From NCBI GenBank assembly GCA_000388065.2, contig KB932207.1: a stretch of 64,000 nt of DNA; one strand, written 5' to 3'. A program made the position numbers and the translations under genes. This DNA is from Fonticula alba ATCC 38817 (taxonomy: Eukaryota; Protista; Nucleariida). Numbering within the stretch: position 1 is the first letter of the stretch; the number at the start of each line of letters is the position of its first letter. Below are positions 61,774 through 64,000 of the stretch, piece after piece. Under the pieces are notes generated by a model, which saw only the letters and a list, made by a program, of their open reading frames with translations, did no database searches and was not told the origin of the DNA.

Positions 61774-62800
61774 GGGTACATGTGTGTGTGTGTGTGTACC
61801 AGGGAGAAGTGGAGTGTGGGTGAGAAAGAGGCGGTGGGGGGCACGAAGGAGAGCGGGAAGGCGGCAGGCGCGGCAAGGGCAGCCCCCAAGGCAGCTGGCA
61901 TGCCGGCGGGCCGTACCTCTTCCGGGTCAGCGCGCCATGCGAGGCCACGGTCTGCACGGTCACAAGGCGGGTGCGCGGGCGAGATGTCGAGCACGGGACG
62001 GGTGTCAATATGGGGGGGGGGGTGCGGGGGAGATGAAACACGCAGGCAGGCCACCTCACCCACGGAGGAGGGCAATCGGTCTGCGCAGGAGTGGCGACAC
62101 AGCCAGGAAGAGAGCCAGCCATGCACCCCAGGAGGAACGGGTGCAAGGGGGCCGAACGGGGACCAGGTGTGGGGCAGGGGGAGGGGGGGCAACAAAAGCC
62201 AACACCAGCCCCATGCGGGACAGCCAGAGGCGGGACACAGTAAGGGACCAGGGCAGGAGGGCGAAGGAAGGCGACGGGGCCGGGGGGGGGGGGCAGGGTG
62301 GCAGGGGGGAGGCGCGGAGGGGGGTACCGTGCGTCGGGAAGCAAGCCCCCCGTTCTTCAAAATCCCGGTCCTTACAGTGGGATCGGTCCAGGCCGGAGGG
62401 AGGGAGGACCTGCAAAGCGGACACCGCAACGGGCGATCGAGCTGTCGGGGGTGTCGGGGTGCACACTCGCGAGCAACCAACGAGCGAGCGAAGGGGCGGG
62501 GGTGGGTGGGCGGCGAGTGGCCAGGCAAAGGGGAGCCGACACTGGGGAAGGATGTGGCTGCCAAAGGTGTCCGCAAGTACACAGGGGGGGGGGCGGGGGC
62601 GGGCGAAGCCGGGCGAAAGGCGTTAGTCAAGGCGGGGTCTGCTCGACCAGCACAGGGGACAAGGATCCTCCGCCTGGCTGCGGGGACTTTCTCACAATCG
62701 CTGGAAGCGCCAGAGAGCAGGGCACGCCAGGGATGTGTTTGCATGTGTGTGTGTGTGTGTGTGTGCGAGGACGCGAGCTCAAGAGCGACAGCGGGAGGGA

Positions 62801-62808
62801 GAGAGAAC

Positions 62809-62840
<32 letters not shown>

Positions 62841-62848
62841 GAGAGAAC

Positions 62849-62880
<32 letters not shown>

Positions 62881-62885
62881 GAGAG

Positions 62886-62924
<39 letters not shown>
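62801..62924. repeat. (GA)n-derived 40-bp higher-order repeat (2 identical units plus 1 variant)
   Basis: The unit gagagaacga-gagagagaga-gagagagaga-gacagagaga occurs at 62801-62840 and 62841-62880, with a variant at 62881-62924. Confidence 0.9.
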
Positions 62925-64000
62925 CAGCCAGATGCTTGGGAGATATCTCTGGGGGCGGGCGCGAGGCCCCGAGGCGGATGCCCGGATCGCGAAGCGCGAT
63001 CCCCCCAACGCCTCTCTCCCGGGGTGATCAAAGCTGGCCGAGGCAGGGGAGCGGGGCAAAAGGAGCGGGCAAGCAAGGGCGCAAGCGTAGATGATGCTAC
63101 GCCGAGGGGCACAAGAAAGGGTATCCTTACCGAGAATAGGGCGGGGGAGGAAGGGATGGACCGCTTCACGAGGGGGGAGGGGGCACGCCGTATGCGACAA
63201 GGAGGAGGCGAAGGGGAAGGAGAGGACGGAGTGGCTTGGGGGTGGCGGTGGGGGACCACCCAGCGGGGGTGGCGCCCAAAAAGCCCCATCTCCTTTGTGC
63301 ACGAGGACCAGAGGGGGGGGGGGAGGGCGGTGGCTAGCAGGCGCCTGGTCTTGGGGGCCGGAGGAATGAATGCCGATACGCCGGGCGTGGGCGCCGACTC
63401 GCCAGACGCCTCGAGACCCGTGAAGCGAGAATGAGGGAAGAAACCAAGACGACAGGCCCCGCCCCCCGCCCCCCGCCCCCCGCCCCCCGCCCCCCCCCCC
63501 TCCCCCTTGGCCCCTCGACACCGCCCCCTCGGAGCCGGACGGGCTGAGCCACGGCTGGCCGCAGTCCTGGGGCGCGTGTCCGCGCTCGGCCTTGCTCGCC
63601 CGGCCCCTCCTCCTCCTCCTCCTCCTCCTTGTCTCTCGCCGTCTGTCGCGCCGCTTGCCGCTGCCCCGCCCGCCGTGCCCAAGCACTCCGGACCCCCGGG
63701 ACGCGCGCCAGGGTCGTCAGGATCGCCCGACTGGCCTCTTTTTTTTTTTGACGGGACCCGATGAGTTACCATCTTGTGCCGGAGGCTTTCCCAAGTCCGG
63801 CTTGGACGCCAGGGAAAAACAGCCCCCGGGGTGCTCCGAGCGAAATCACCAGCGAGCGACTGTCATATTGGCAAATGGGGCATGAGTGCGTGCCCCTTTT
63901 TCCGCCGAAGGAGCACTCCCCACACCTGCCGGGCCCCGGGGCCCGGAGGGGGCGATCGGCTGCGCGGAGGTTGTGGGGCAAAGACATCCTGGCCCCCCCC

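Overview
GC-rich eukaryotic genomic DNA with short GT-AG spliceosomal introns (CTRAY branch points), many microsatellites and poly-G/C tracts, and several N gaps. The style suggests a unicellular opisthokont such as Fonticula; this is my inference and is unverified. Thirteen protein-coding loci and one tRNA are supported. In order: a partial signal-peptide protein (-), XRN1 (-), presenilin (-), NDOR1/Tah18 (+), an MTAP/PNP-family phosphorylase (-), the last exon of a CTDNEP1/Nem1 phosphatase (+), a divergent ACBP-domain tail-anchored protein (+), dihydrolipoamide dehydrogenase (-), a RUN-coiled-coil-FYVE protein (+), a Mic19-like protein (-), a greatly enlarged TMEM129-like RING E3 (+), tRNA-Ala(AGC) (-), a giant animal-type 12-TM adenylyl cyclase (+), and a ~1800-aa sphingosine-1-phosphate-phosphatase-like protein (-). 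No CRISPR array, rRNA or transposon was found. The main leads are: (i) the SGPP/PAP2-like protein appears to have lost catalytic motifs C1 and C3, so it is probably a pseudophosphatase; (ii) the cyclase carries a ~600-650-aa insertion inside its C2 catalytic domain; (iii) animal-type genes (TMEM129, tmAC, presenilin) occur in an apparently non-animal genome; (iv) the ACBP domain has degenerate acyl-CoA-binding residues; (v) the phosphorylase has a 6-oxopurine-type signature. All homology calls come from motifs and family sequences recalled from memory; no database search was run.
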